Origin: Candidatus Latescibacterota bacterium
GTDB taxonomy: Bacteria; Latescibacterota; UBA2968
Length of the DNA stretch: 64,000 bases
Direction of reading: 5' to 3'
NCBI GenBank assembly: GCA_965204375.1
Contig: OZ241986.1
Coordinates: 704,001-768,000 of the forward strand
Position numbers and translations under genes: made by a program. How positions within the stretch are numbered: the stretch's first letter is position 1; every line of letters starts with the position of its first letter. This document shows, piece after piece, positions 25,518 to 35,925 of this stretch. Below the pieces are notes generated by a model that was not told where the DNA came from, searched no databases, and was given only the letters and a program-made list of their open reading frames with translations.

Positions 25518-26770
25518 GCGAGATTACTGAACTCTGTCTACGTGATGTGAGGTGCTTCGAGGGACGGCAATCTGCCCATTTGGGCCGAATTACTTTACTC
25601 GTAGGTGAGAACAGCACTGGCAAGTCGACCTTTCTTGGCTGCTATAAAGTGTTCGCCAAATTGTCAAATTTTATTGGGCTACAAGACAAAAACTATTTTG
25701 ATGAAGAGCCGTTCCGTATGGGAAATTTTGACACGGTAGCTCGTTCCGGTAACGAAAATTTTTTCGTTGGTGGTGCCTTCAAGGATCACTGCCATACCGG
25801 TGTCGAGTTTACGTTTACAGAGAATGATCGTGGCCTGCCGGCCGAGCAGAGAATCAGGCTGAAATTTGAAGAAGGCTACGGCAAACAGATCACTCTGGAC
25901 ATATCGTGTCCGCTGGAGTCGCCCAGATTGTGGAGATTTGAAGGTCCCGATTTCAGATTCGACCTTGACAGGTCCGAAGTGTCTTATGTTCAATTTTCAA
26001 CGTGGCTATCGAATTATGTACGCAATGGATTTCTTCCGTTCTTTGGTGAATCGTCGAGCTTCAGAAAGCGCGAGGGTAGAGACGCTACTATTGAACGGCA
26101 AATTGAGTTTGGGAAGTTCGTAAATTTTCTTAGAGCAAGGCTTCCGCTTCCAGAGGAATCAGCATTTATTGTTGAGACGCTTGATCCAGCAGCACCGCCG
26201 CGAGTACGTGTATATGATACATCCCCTTTGGGTGACGAAGATGACGTAGGACTAAAGAAATACCTAATGGAGGCAGGTAAGAATCTCGGTCTCTTTTCTG
26301 GTATTGACGTTCGGTACAGAACAGTAGACCGTTTATTTGAATTGTTAGTCGAAAGGTCCGGAAAGCAGTACAACATCGTGGATGTGGGCTACGGTGTGCA
26401 TAGTATTCTGCCTTTGCTCCGGGCAATTTATGGAAAGCCGAAAGGTACCGTTTTTCTACTACAACAACCAGAAGTTCATCTGCATCCGGTAGCGCAAGCG
26501 CAGCTAGCACAACTGATGGCCGAAAGTTCGTATAGATTCATTATAGAAACACATAGTGATCATCTTATTGATCGCCTTCGCATTTGCACCATGCGTAAGG
26601 ACATAAAACCGAAAGACCTTTCGATAGTATATTTTGAGCCGACTGACGGTGGGGCGAAGTCTCGGATATACAGCATTTCCGTCGATGATAACGGAAATTT
26701 GGTGAACGAGCCAGAAGGCTATCGGAGGTTCTTTCTCGACGAAACCGAAAAGCTGCTGGGATTTTTCTAA
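25514..26770 (+). CDS. ABC-type (AAA_15/AAA_21) ATPase with DUF3696-like C-terminus
   Basis: GENSTGKS, DVGYGVHSILP signature, LQQPEVHLHP, IIETHS, C-terminal SVDDNGNL...FFLDE. Confidence 0.85.
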   Translation: MSEITELCLRDVRCFEGRQSAHLGRITLLVGENSTGKSTFLGCYKVFAKLSNFIGLQDKNYFDEEPFRMGNFDTVARSGNENFFVGGAFKDHCHTGVEFTFTENDRGLPAEQRIRLKFEEGYGKQITLDISCPLESPRLWRFEGPDFRFDLDRSEVSYVQFSTWLSNYVRNGFLPFFGESSSFRKREGRDATIERQIEFGKFVNFLRARLPLPEESAFIVETLDPAAPPRVRVYDTSPLGDEDDVGLKKYLMEAGKNLGLFSGIDVRYRTVDRLFELLVERSGKQYNIVDVGYGVHSILPLLRAIYGKPKGTVFLLQQPEVHLHPVAQAQLAQLMAESSYRFIIETHSDHLIDRLRICTMRKDIKPKDLSIVYFEPTDGGAKSRIYSISVDDNGNLVNEPEGYRRFFLDETEKLLGFF

Positions 26771-26803
26771 AAAAGAAAACAGGAATTTTTGTAAAGCAAG
26801 TCT

Positions 26804-27289
26804 ATGTGTACTAGAATTATTATAGATGTAAATGTGCTTTCTGAAACTCTTGCTGACAGTACGAAAACCGGAGATCCGTTGCTACGCCGATGGATCACTC
26901 GTGGCCACGGGATTGTCGTGTATTCGGATACTGGAAAGTATCATCAAGAGATGGCAAGGGGAAACAAGAAGACCTTGGAATTGTTGGGGCAATACAGGAG
27001 GGCTAATCGGTTGTATCAAGTGACTGAGAAGCAACTTCAGGATGCGAGAAAGGGAATAAGCAAGTTGGACACCCGTTCCAATGATAAACATATACTGACG
27101 TTGGCTTACGCGAGCAGGGCTCTCATCTTATGCACTAAGGATAAAGATTTACAGCAAGATTTTACCAACACGAAATTTTTGCCGAAGATTGGAAAAAGCA
27201 ATAGATCTGTATATCCAATGAAGCAAGCTCGAAAGATACGAAGTGAATTTCTAGAAAAAAGAAAGTGTCCAAACCGCAGCATAGGTTGA
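26804..27289 (+). CDS. PIN-like domain protein (putative ribonuclease)
   Basis: IIIDVNVL...SNDKHILTLA...ILCTKDKDL pattern of acidic residues. Confidence 0.7.
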   Translation: MCTRIIIDVNVLSETLADSTKTGDPLLRRWITRGHGIVVYSDTGKYHQEMARGNKKTLELLGQYRRANRLYQVTEKQLQDARKGISKLDTRSNDKHILTLAYASRALILCTKDKDLQQDFTNTKFLPKIGKSNRSVYPMKQARKIRSEFLEKRKCPNRSIG

Positions 27290-27496
27290 GCATGTGATAT
27301 TTTGAATTATGCTACACGATCAAAGTAGTAACCAATGGTAAAAAATTAAAACGTTTCCTCAATCTATTGTCCAAGTTTGAGTATAAAGTCTGGCTATGAT
27401 AGCTCCTATTACCCCTGCTTAGTAAGGCGTAAGCCATTTATATATATTGCTTTATAGAAGGTGTTTATCCCATCACTCTAAACCAGAGGTTTTTTT

Positions 27497-27802
27497 ATGC
27501 CGACTTATGAATATGCGTGTACTGCATGCGAACACGAATTTGAAGCGTTTCACTCCATCACTGCCGAACCCATTCGCCTGTGCCCCGAATGCGGCGAGCA
27601 AAAGGTCGAGCGTCTCATCAGCGGCGGTGCGGGTCTGATCTTTAAGGGATCGGGTTTTTACATCACCGATTATCGAAGTGAAGGATACAAAGAGGCTGCG
27701 AAGAAGGACAAAGAAGCGTCTAAAGAAAAGAAATCTGACAAGAAGAAATCAGAGACCAAAAAGACTTCTGAATCAAAGAGTTCAGACTCTAAAGCGGCGT
27801 AA
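27497..27802 (+). CDS. FmdB family zinc-ribbon protein
   Basis: MPTYEYACTAC...CPECG...FKGSGFYITDY; Lys/Ser-rich tail. Confidence 0.92.
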   Translation: MPTYEYACTACEHEFEAFHSITAEPIRLCPECGEQKVERLISGGAGLIFKGSGFYITDYRSEGYKEAAKKDKEASKEKKSDKKKSETKKTSESKSSDSKAA

Positions 27803-27845
27803 AAAAAGGGAATTTTAGCCCTCTGACAGATAGAGCGCTACATCC

Positions 27846-27995
27846 ATGAATACAACGTATAGAGACACCATCGCCCATCTAATCGATAGGTCTCCCTTTG
27901 AGATTGAGCCTGATGTGCAAATAACTGGACATGCGCCTACTATGGCGAGTTCTATGTTTCTTACGAACAAAGAGCAGGGCGACTGGGGAGAAGAG
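27846..27995 (+). pseudogene. N-terminal stub of an AccI-family restriction endonuclease, in frame with the methyltransferase
   Basis: PTMASSMFLTNKEQGDWGE resembles, from memory, the conserved AccI-family start (PTxASSxFxTNKEQGDWAE); only 50 codons remain. Confidence 0.6.
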
Positions 27996-29528
27996 ATGCA
28001 GGTTAATCAAGCCAAATACCTGCGGCGCGTTGGCGAGAAGCATCGCAAGAGATATGGGCAGTTCTTCACTCGTCCTGAAGTAGCCGCGTTTATGGTGCGG
28101 TGGGTCTTGAAATCCGGGCAGAGGACCCTCTTTGACCCCAGCTTTGGTCTGGGTGCTCTTTTTGATCCCATTGCTGACGACCCGAGCATCGTGTTCGCTG
28201 GGAGTGAGAAAGATCCCAAAATTCTCGATTTCTGGACAGGCGAGGCAGGCGGGCGGAAAGTGGATATTGAGCATGAAGACTATCTGCTCTCATGGGGGAA
28301 ATCGCACGCCAATATTGTCTGCAATCCGCCTTACATGCGCTTCCAGAAGTTTATTGGCAGGGACTCTGTGTTCAAGGCGTTTGTCGATAATCTGGGCTTG
28401 AAATTGTCGGGATATACGAATACGGCATCCGCATTTCTGCTGAAGTCGCTCTCCGAACTGAATGGATCGGGACGGCTTGCGTATATTATGCCTCTTGAGT
28501 TTCTCAATACTGGATATGGGACTATCGTTAAGAAACGCCTTATCGAGAGTGGTCATCTTGTCTCTATTATCAATCTTAAATGCGAGAAAGATATCTTTCC
28601 CGATGCGATAACCTCAGTGGGGATAATCCTGTACGACGCCCGTCGGCAATATTCCCACGTTGATTTCCATATCGCTGATTCTATTTCCTCACTGAAGAAT
28701 ATCCTTGAATGTCAACCAACCACCAGAGTCGCATTGGATCGGCTCAACCCCGAGTCGAAGTGGTTGTCATACTTCCAAAAAAATACATTTGACATCAATC
28801 ATCGAATGGCTGTGCCCCTAAACTATTATGGTCATTTCAGCAGAGGCATTGCCACCGGAGCCAACGAGTTTTTTGTTTTGAAACCGTCTCGCGTCAAGAC
28901 ACTGGGGATCAATGGTTCGGAGGTTATTCCCTGCATTACTAAAAGTTCTCAAATCCGGCAATCAGTATTTGGTCGCGCAGACTACGATGATTTAGTCAGA
29001 AACGACGCTCCTGTTCTGCTATTTAGCGTCAATAAGACGCACTCGAAACACGCGGCAGATTATATTCGGAGTGGAGAGCAAAGGGGGTATAACACGCGCT
29101 TTTTGACGAAAAATCGAAATCCCTGGTACAAGACGGAAAGGAGAGAACCCGCACCGCTTCTTCTTGGCGTCTTTTCACGCGGAGGTTACAAGATTATTCG
29201 CAATAGAAGTGAGGTGTTGAATTTGACGTGTTTTCACGGTTTTCGACCAAACATCTTTGGAATGGCATATCTCGATCATCTGTTTCTCTATCTGGCATCT
29301 TCGTCAGGGCGAGACATAGTTTCATTATCAGTTCGGAGATACGGCGACGCGCTGGATAAGTTTGAGCCAAATGACTTGAACAATGCGCTTGTCCCAAGCC
29401 AGCAGGTGTTTGATGAACTTTCGACTAAGGAGGTTACCAAGGCTGTTCGCTATGCGGAAAGAACCGGAAAGACGCCTAGCTGGATAGACGCTTTCTTTGA
29501 GAGATTGAAGACGCCAGCCGATAGTTAG
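27996..29528 (+). CDS. Type II N6-adenine DNA methyltransferase (gamma class, M.AccI-like)
   Basis: GQFFT, FDPSFGLG (motif I), CNPPY (motif IV), RGIATGANEFF; own ATG at 27996 after GGGGAG; the ORF extends upstream to 27846. Confidence 0.88.
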   Translation: MQVNQAKYLRRVGEKHRKRYGQFFTRPEVAAFMVRWVLKSGQRTLFDPSFGLGALFDPIADDPSIVFAGSEKDPKILDFWTGEAGGRKVDIEHEDYLLSWGKSHANIVCNPPYMRFQKFIGRDSVFKAFVDNLGLKLSGYTNTASAFLLKSLSELNGSGRLAYIMPLEFLNTGYGTIVKKRLIESGHLVSIINLKCEKDIFPDAITSVGIILYDARRQYSHVDFHIADSISSLKNILECQPTTRVALDRLNPESKWLSYFQKNTFDINHRMAVPLNYYGHFSRGIATGANEFFVLKPSRVKTLGINGSEVIPCITKSSQIRQSVFGRADYDDLVRNDAPVLLFSVNKTHSKHAADYIRSGEQRGYNTRFLTKNRNPWYKTERREPAPLLLGVFSRGGYKIIRNRSEVLNLTCFHGFRPNIFGMAYLDHLFLYLASSSGRDIVSLSVRRYGDALDKFEPNDLNNALVPSQQVFDELSTKEVTKAVRYAERTGKTPSWIDAFFERLKTPADS

Positions 29529-29603
29529 AGTTCTTTCGTAATTTTATTTCAAAGTTTCATCGTAATATAGATAACTACTAGGAAAACTACTAGGAGGTCA
29601 TAC

Positions 29604-31526
29604 ATGAGCACCGTAATAGGCATTGATCTGGGAACGACTAATTCTTGTGTCGCCGTGATGGAAGGCGGCGACCCGGTTGTTGTTCCAAATTCAGAAGGGG
29701 GACGGACCACGCCCTCTGTCGTTGCATTCGCACAAGATGGGGAGCGCCTCATTGGTGAGGTTGCCAAAAGGCAGGCTGTGACCAATCCGGCCAAGACTAT
29801 TTATTCTATCAAGCGATTTATGGGGCGCCGCCGCGAAGAGGTGAGTACTGAAATTTCTGAAGTGCCCTATACGATCGCGAGTGACGCCAATGGGCTGGCG
29901 TCTGTACAACTCGACGACAAGACATATACCCCGCCCGAGATTTCGGCGATGGTGCTTCAAAAGATGAAGCAAACCGCTGAGGATTATCTCGGCGAAACCA
30001 TTACCCAGGCTGTGGTCACGGTTCCCGCATATTTTAACGATGCACAGAGACAGGCCACCAAAGATGCCGGAAAAATTGCTGGCCTCGACGTGTTGCGCAT
30101 TGTCAATGAACCAACGGCTGCATCACTGGCTTATGGCCTGGACAAAAAGAGCGATGAGAAAATCGCGGTTTTCGATCTCGGTGGCGGCACATTTGATATT
30201 TCCATTCTCGAACTGGGCGATGGCGTTTTTGAAGTCAAATCCACCAATGGCGATACCCATTTGGGTGGCGATGATTTTGATCAGCGCGTCATTGACTTTC
30301 TGGCTGAGGAATTTTTGAAAGATAATAGCGTGGATTTGCGCCAGGATCCCATGGCCTTGCAACGCTTGAAAGAAGCGGCAGAAAAAGCCAAGTGCGAATT
30401 ATCGACTTCCGCATCTACCGATATCAATCTGCCGTTTATCACGGCCGACGCCTCTGGCCCCAAGCACCTCAATGTCAATCTTTCACGCGCGAAATTTGAG
30501 CAACTCGTCGATGACCTCGTCCAGCGCACGAAAGGGCCTTGTGAACAGGCTATTCGGGATGCAGGCCTTTCGGCTTCTGATATCGATGAGGTGATTCTGG
30601 TAGGTGGCTCAACGCGCATCCCCAAAGTACAGGAAATTGTGCAGGAAGTTTTTGGCAAAGAGCCTAACAGGGGGGTAAATCCCGATGAAGTCGTCGCCAT
30701 TGGTGCGGCTATTCAAGCGGGGGTGCTCTCTGGGGATGTGACCGATGTGCTGTTGCTCGATGTGACGCCGCTCTCACTGGGTATTGAAACGCTCGGCGGC
30801 GTGATGACGCGCCTTATTGATCGCAACACCACAATTCCATCGAAAAAGGCTGAAGTGTTTTCAACTGCTGCCGACAGCCAGCCTTCGGTGGAGATTCACG
30901 TTTTGCAGGGCGAGCGCGATATGGCAGTAGATAATCGCACCATTGGCCGGTTCCATCTCGATGGTATTCCGCCTGCGCCGCGCGGTGTACCGCAAATTGA
31001 GGTCACATTTGACATCGATGCAAATGGTATTCTCAATGTCTCGGCAAAAGACAAGGGTACGGGCAAAGAGCAGAATATTCGCATTGAGGCCTCATCTGGA
31101 TTGTCAGACGCGGAAATTGATAAAATGGTCAATGACGCACAGGCAAATGCGGCTGAAGACAAGAAGAAACGCGAGGCTGTGGAAATCAAAAATGCGGCCG
31201 AGCAGCAGGTGCATCAGACCGAAAAACAGATGGAAGAGATGGGCGACAAGGTCAGCGCTGAGACGAAGGCCAAAGTGACCGAGGCTGTTGATAAGGTTAA
31301 AGATGCCCTCAAGGGGGACAATGTCGATGCGATTAAATCGGCGAATGAAAATCTCACCCAGGTCTGGCATCAGGTTGCGAGTGAACTCTATCAACAAGCT
31401 TCAGCAGAGGAGGGACCTCAAGGTGCGCCAGGAGAGCCACCACCAGGTGGCGCAGAAAGTCCCAAACAAGGCGATGATGGGACTGTTGACGCTGAATATG
31501 AAGTTGTGGATGATAAAAAGAAGTAA
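29604..31526 (+). CDS. dnaK: Chaperone DnaK
   Basis: [41 protein letters not shown]. Confidence 0.98.
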   Translation: MSTVIGIDLGTTNSCVAVMEGGDPVVVPNSEGGRTTPSVVAFAQDGERLIGEVAKRQAVTNPAKTIYSIKRFMGRRREEVSTEISEVPYTIASDANGLASVQLDDKTYTPPEISAMVLQKMKQTAEDYLGETITQAVVTVPAYFNDAQRQATKDAGKIAGLDVLRIVNEPTAASLAYGLDKKSDEKIAVFDLGGGTFDISILELGDGVFEVKSTNGDTHLGGDDFDQRVIDFLAEEFLKDNSVDLRQDPMALQRLKEAAEKAKCELSTSASTDINLPFITADASGPKHLNVNLSRAKFEQLVDDLVQRTKGPCEQAIRDAGLSASDIDEVILVGGSTRIPKVQEIVQEVFGKEPNRGVNPDEVVAIGAAIQAGVLSGDVTDVLLLDVTPLSLGIETLGGVMTRLIDRNTTIPSKKAEVFSTAADSQPSVEIHVLQGERDMAVDNRTIGRFHLDGIPPAPRGVPQIEVTFDIDANGILNVSAKDKGTGKEQNIRIEASSGLSDAEIDKMVNDAQANAAEDKKKREAVEIKNAAEQQVHQTEKQMEEMGDKVSAETKAKVTEAVDKVKDALKGDNVDAIKSANENLTQVWHQVASELYQQASAEEGPQGAPGEPPPGGAESPKQGDDGTVDAEYEVVDDKKK

Positions 31527-31540
31527 AGGTTGAATATCAC

Positions 31541-31581
31541 AACAAAACGCCGAGGGTGAATAGCTCTCGGCGTTTTTGTTT
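31541..31581. terminator. Bidirectional intrinsic terminator
   Basis: AACAAAACGCCGAGGG-loop-CTCTCGGCGTTTTTGTT between convergent genes. Confidence 0.85.
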
Positions 31582-31598
31582 AAGTAGGGGAGCGCTAA

Positions 31599-32432
31599 TC
31601 ATGACGCTTTTTCAATTGTCACGCGAATCGCACTCAGAGGTTTGATAAAGCGGAACCTGACGGTTTTGCTGCGCGTGTCAAACCCGCCTGTGCCAATATC
31701 CTGGCTCGACAATTCCCGCAAAAAGTTTGCGACCCAGGCTGTGTCGCGTTGCCATTGTGGTACGGCATTTCGGATAAACAAGCGCACGAGGTCTGCATTG
31801 CGATTTAAGTCGGCATCGGATACGTCGAGCACTGTTACCATAATTTCGGATCGCAACAAATCGGCTTCTGGACCCCAGAATTCCAGTACGACTTGTCCAC
31901 GGCCCGTTGCACCAAAATGGCGGGGCTGACCCTCGAGTGGATCTACTTCTTCCAGTATCAGATCATCGGGCATCCCCGCGATCATGCCATCAATGGATAG
32001 CGCGCCGGGAGACGGTGGCGTTACCTGGGTTGCTGGCGTTTCTTGCGGTTCAGTTGCAGGCTGAACTGGCTGCGTTGCAGGCCGTTTTTTCCGCGTGCTT
32101 GAAGAGCGACGCGCGAGGTCTTTTTGCAAAGCCGCACGCACGGCTGCGGCGTCTCCGACATAATTGCCATGTACCCATCCCTCAGTTTTTCCATCTGTGC
32201 GCACGCGTAACCAGGGATTGGTTCTTTCGAAAATCTCCAGTTCACGACCGCGCTGCAAGCGCTCAACCACCTGCGATTTTGTGGTTGGCTTCTCGCGCAA
32301 ATTCAGAATTGCAACGGTGACATAGACTTTCTCTTTTGGCAATAGATAATCACAACCGCTTAAACTCGCCATGAGTACACAAAAAAGGCCGACAAAAAAT
32401 CGGCCGGCCAAAAATCTCAACCGCACCATCAA
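31599..32432 (-). CDS. SH3-domain putative lipoprotein
   Basis: LSGC lipobox; LNLREKP...WLRVRT...GWVHGNYV. Confidence 0.8.
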   Translation of the reverse strand: MMVRLRFLAGRFFVGLFCVLMASLSGCDYLLPKEKVYVTVAILNLREKPTTKSQVVERLQRGRELEIFERTNPWLRVRTDGKTEGWVHGNYVGDAAAVRAALQKDLARRSSSTRKKRPATQPVQPATEPQETPATQVTPPSPGALSIDGMIAGMPDDLILEEVDPLEGQPRHFGATGRGQVVLEFWGPEADLLRSEIMVTVLDVSDADLNRNADLVRLFIRNAVPQWQRDTAWVANFLRELSSQDIGTGGFDTRSKTVRFRFIKPLSAIRVTIEKAS

Positions 32433-32520
32433 TCATACCTCCGTAAAAACCCCTGTGGATATTTTTTCTGGATTGAAAATATCGGAAATGCGATTGTTGA
32501 TCAAGGATTAAATTCCATTT

Positions 32521-33948
32521 TCAATCCAGATATGTCATCCCTGGGGTTTGAGGCCACTGGCATTGCTCGGGTGCATTTGTCGCGCTTGCCCATTCCCGAA
32601 TGACTTCCAGATCCCTTCTTTTTTCCAGCATCTTTTTTGCAACCCACTCAGGGTCCCATCCATCCAGTACTTTTGCTGTTAGTTCTTCCCGAATCGCCTG
32701 ACATTCGCTGTCGTTCGCCCGATTGTGCAATTCCTCTGGATCTTCGGATAGATTGAATAATTGCGGCTCATAGCCGTGGTAGTAAATCAGTTTCCAATCG
32801 CCCTGTCGAATCATGCGCTGGTAATGGCCTTCGTAGATACAGTATTCTGAGAAGGCAATATCTTCCCATGTATCTACTTCACTGCGCAGCAATGGCAACA
32901 GGCTGCGCCCACGCGAATGGGGCAATTCGGGTGCGTCCAATGCGTCGAGCATGGTCGCATTTAAGTCCAATGCGCTGATGACGCGGTCATTGACCTGTCC
33001 TTTGGGCAGCGCATCAGGCCATGAAATAATTGCTGGTACTCGAACGGATTCTTCGTAAAATGTTCGCTTCATCCACAATGCTTTTTCTCCCACCTGTTCT
33101 CCGTGGTCTGATGAATATACGATCATTGTGTTCTGTGTAAATCCATTCCTTTCTAATGCCTCCAAAAGTTGTCCGATCATGCGATCCATCGCTGTGACCA
33201 GTGCCCAATAAGCTGCACGAGCGTGCAGAGTGTCGGTATCATTAATGTCCAAAAAACGGTTTCGTTTTCGCCACCATTGAAAAAAGGGATGCGATTCATC
33301 TCCCATTGGCTTGGGATGTTTTGGAGGTGTAATCACATCGATGTACTGATCGTAATCTGCTTTTCGCGCAATGTACGGCGAGTGTGGCAGCATATATCCC
33401 ACATGCAAACAAAAGGGGGTATCCGTTTGTCCGTTGCGTTTTTTTATGCCCTCTCGATTGATAAAATCAATTGCTGCTGCTGTCACATCTTCATCGTGTA
33501 CTTCGTAACTGCTCTGGCCCGCACCTGATTTTTGAACCGATTGGATTAAGTTGCTGGGCGCATCGCCTGTGCCCGGGTAATTTGAAGAATGATCTCCAAT
33601 GGGACGATCCACATACCCGTGCAACTGGTCTGTGCCCAGGGCGTGCATGCGACCTATGAGCACGGGATGGTAGCCCGCCGCGCCCATTGCATGCGCGAGG
33701 GTTGGCCGTCCCGAATCCAGGATGTGATGGTTTGTCCACGCCTCATTTTCATAAGGATGCCGCCCCGTTAACATCGACATCCGCGATGGCGTGCATACAG
33801 GCGATGGACAATAGGCATTGTTAAATCTTATGCCCTGTGCAGCGAGTGCATCCAGATGGGGCGTTTGTACGAGTGGATCGCCATAACAGCCGAGTACTTT
33901 GGGGCTGTGCTGGTCTGAGTGGATATAGAGCAAGTTTGGTCGGTCCAT
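32521..33948 (-). CDS. Sulfatase (choline-sulfatase-like)
   Basis: PNLLYIHSDQH, CTPSRMSMLTG (CxPxR), SDHGE. Confidence 0.92.
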   Translation of the reverse strand: MDRPNLLYIHSDQHSPKVLGCYGDPLVQTPHLDALAAQGIRFNNAYCPSPVCTPSRMSMLTGRHPYENEAWTNHHILDSGRPTLAHAMGAAGYHPVLIGRMHALGTDQLHGYVDRPIGDHSSNYPGTGDAPSNLIQSVQKSGAGQSSYEVHDEDVTAAAIDFINREGIKKRNGQTDTPFCLHVGYMLPHSPYIARKADYDQYIDVITPPKHPKPMGDESHPFFQWWRKRNRFLDINDTDTLHARAAYWALVTAMDRMIGQLLEALERNGFTQNTMIVYSSDHGEQVGEKALWMKRTFYEESVRVPAIISWPDALPKGQVNDRVISALDLNATMLDALDAPELPHSRGRSLLPLLRSEVDTWEDIAFSEYCIYEGHYQRMIRQGDWKLIYYHGYEPQLFNLSEDPEELHNRANDSECQAIREELTAKVLDGWDPEWVAKKMLEKRRDLEVIREWASATNAPEQCQWPQTPGMTYLD

Positions 33949-33977
33949 GTTTGATTCCTTTTCATCGGTACACAGAA

Positions 33978-34004
33978 GGCAGGCAGCGGTTGCCCGTGCC
34001 TGCC
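33978..34004. other. GC-rich intergenic hairpin (terminator or mRNA-stabilising element)
   Basis: GGCAGGCA...TGCCTGCC between the FAH and sulfatase genes. Confidence 0.45.
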
Positions 34005-34032
34005 ATTATTTTTTCAATTAAGAGTGAGACAG

Positions 34033-34995
34033 CTATTTCTCACTCGCAGCTACCGTATTTACCAATCTGCCAATGCCCGAGATCTCAATTTCTACCGTAT
34101 CGCCCGGTTTCATATAGGTTCCCGTTGTATCGCCTACGCCCGAAATTGTACCTGTGCTGATCAAGTCGCCCGGTTCGAGTGTGATAATTGCCGAGATGTA
34201 TTCGATAATTTTATCTACGGGATACAACATTTGTCCCGTGTTGTTGTGCTGTTTGCGGTCGCCATTCACATACGTGCTGATGTCGAGGGTGTGCGGATCT
34301 GTGATCTCGTCAGAGGTTACAATCCACGGTCCTTGCGGCGCAAAGGTATCCAGCCATTTGCCGTTTAACCAGTCGAACCATTCATCTCTTGGCCGACTGT
34401 CCGTGCGTTTTTTGATTTCCAACATGCGCTCGGAGACATCGTTCATGACCGTATAACCCGCGACATAATCCAGCGCGTCCTCTGCCTGTACACCTTTTGC
34501 CTCTCGGCCCATTACGACGGCCAATTCGCCTTCCCAATCTACGCCTCTTGCGATGGGGGGAATCAAAATTTGATCGCCTGGCCCGATTACAGTCGAGGTC
34601 GGGGGCTTCATAAACACGCGTGGGGTTTCCTTGTCCTGAATTTGCATCTTGGTCGTGCCGCTTTCTTCAATGTGATCCTGATAATTGCCCGCCAAGCAGA
34701 ATAATTTGCGCGGATTGGGTACTGGTGCGCTCAATTTGACATCGCTGACGGCAAAGCTGGTCTCGCCATCTGGTTTGCCATTCAAACGCTTTTCAGCATC
34801 AGCCACCGCCTGTTGTGCCGCAGACCTGCCCTCTGCCCCGGCGTCGAGAAGGGTTAGCATATCCGTAAAAAAGGGAGGGTTTTCCGATTGGGCTAATGCT
34901 CTATCTGCTGCTGCGAGATCGACGATAATTGCATCATCTGCGACGACTGCGCCAATGGATTCTGCACCGCCGACTGAATAAGTCGCGAGTTTCAT
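34033..34995 (-). CDS. Fumarylacetoacetate hydrolase family protein
   Basis: GNYQDH, FMKP, DWEGEL, NDVSER, PGDLISTGT. Confidence 0.92.
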   Translation of the reverse strand: MKLATYSVGGAESIGAVVADDAIIVDLAAADRALAQSENPPFFTDMLTLLDAGAEGRSAAQQAVADAEKRLNGKPDGETSFAVSDVKLSAPVPNPRKLFCLAGNYQDHIEESGTTKMQIQDKETPRVFMKPPTSTVIGPGDQILIPPIARGVDWEGELAVVMGREAKGVQAEDALDYVAGYTVMNDVSERMLEIKKRTDSRPRDEWFDWLNGKWLDTFAPQGPWIVTSDEITDPHTLDISTYVNGDRKQHNNTGQMLYPVDKIIEYISAIITLEPGDLISTGTISGVGDTTGTYMKPGDTVEIEISGIGRLVNTVAASEK

Positions 34996-35016
34996 GTTTT
35001 CTCCTTGTGTGATTGC

Positions 35017-35880
35017 TCAGTGACTGGTAAATGACAATGGAAATGTCGGTTCCTGTGCCTGCTTTTGCGTGGGGGTTTCGATCTTTTGATGATAATATTC
35101 TTCGACGAATTGCGCCAGATTTTTGCTCGCTTCTTCAAATACAATTTTGCCCTTTTCTGCTGTTGCCTTTTCCGCCTCTCCCATCACGCCCGAATCCGTA
35201 TATTGACTCGTCCATTCAATGATTCCCACAGGTCCTCTGCTGAATAAATCGGTCCAGACAAATTTGGATCCCCGCTTGTTGGTCCTGGCAATTTCGCTCT
35301 TGATTTTATCCTTGCGCACGCTTTCCGGAGACAAGTGGAGCAACATGGATGTTTCCAATTCGCCCGCATGCGAACACCCGCCGGGAAATACGCTCTCTCG
35401 CCATTCTTTGTCAAAGTCCGGATCGACTTTGAGCAATTGCCACCACGAGCAGAAAGCGCAACTCGCATCTGTTTCTACGATTGTGCGACGGGCGACCATT
35501 TCGACCAGATTGTGGTTGGAACCGTGCCCGTTGACGAGGATCATTTTCTTAAAGCCGTGATAGGCAAGGCTTTTGCAGATGTCCAGCAGGTACTGAATAA
35601 AGTGTTCGTAGTGTATATTCAGCGAGCCAGGGAAATCCATGACGTGATGCACATATCCATAACTCACGGGCGGTAGCACCAGGCTGTATTCCGGCTTTAA
35701 TCGCGCGCCTTCGGTCGCCACGGCGTTGGCACATAGATGATCGACTTTCAAGGGCAAGTGATGCCCGTGCTGTTCGACTGCGCCGGTTGGAATAATCGGA
35801 ATTTTTCCCATTTCTACCGCTTCGTTCACTTCGGGCCAGGTCAGTTCGTCAAATTTGTAGATATCTTTTACAGAAGCCAT
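35017..35880 (-). CDS. Creatininase/creatinine amidohydrolase family protein
   Basis: GAVEQHGHHLP..D, NGHGSN, HAGELETS. Confidence 0.92.
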   Translation of the reverse strand: MASVKDIYKFDELTWPEVNEAVEMGKIPIIPTGAVEQHGHHLPLKVDHLCANAVATEGARLKPEYSLVLPPVSYGYVHHVMDFPGSLNIHYEHFIQYLLDICKSLAYHGFKKMILVNGHGSNHNLVEMVARRTIVETDASCAFCSWWQLLKVDPDFDKEWRESVFPGGCSHAGELETSMLLHLSPESVRKDKIKSEIARTNKRGSKFVWTDLFSRGPVGIIEWTSQYTDSGVMGEAEKATAEKGKIVFEEASKNLAQFVEEYYHQKIETPTQKQAQEPTFPLSFTSH

Positions 35881-35925
35881 TTTTTCACCTTTCTAAGTAG
35901 TCACATGAGACATCGCCGTCACTAT

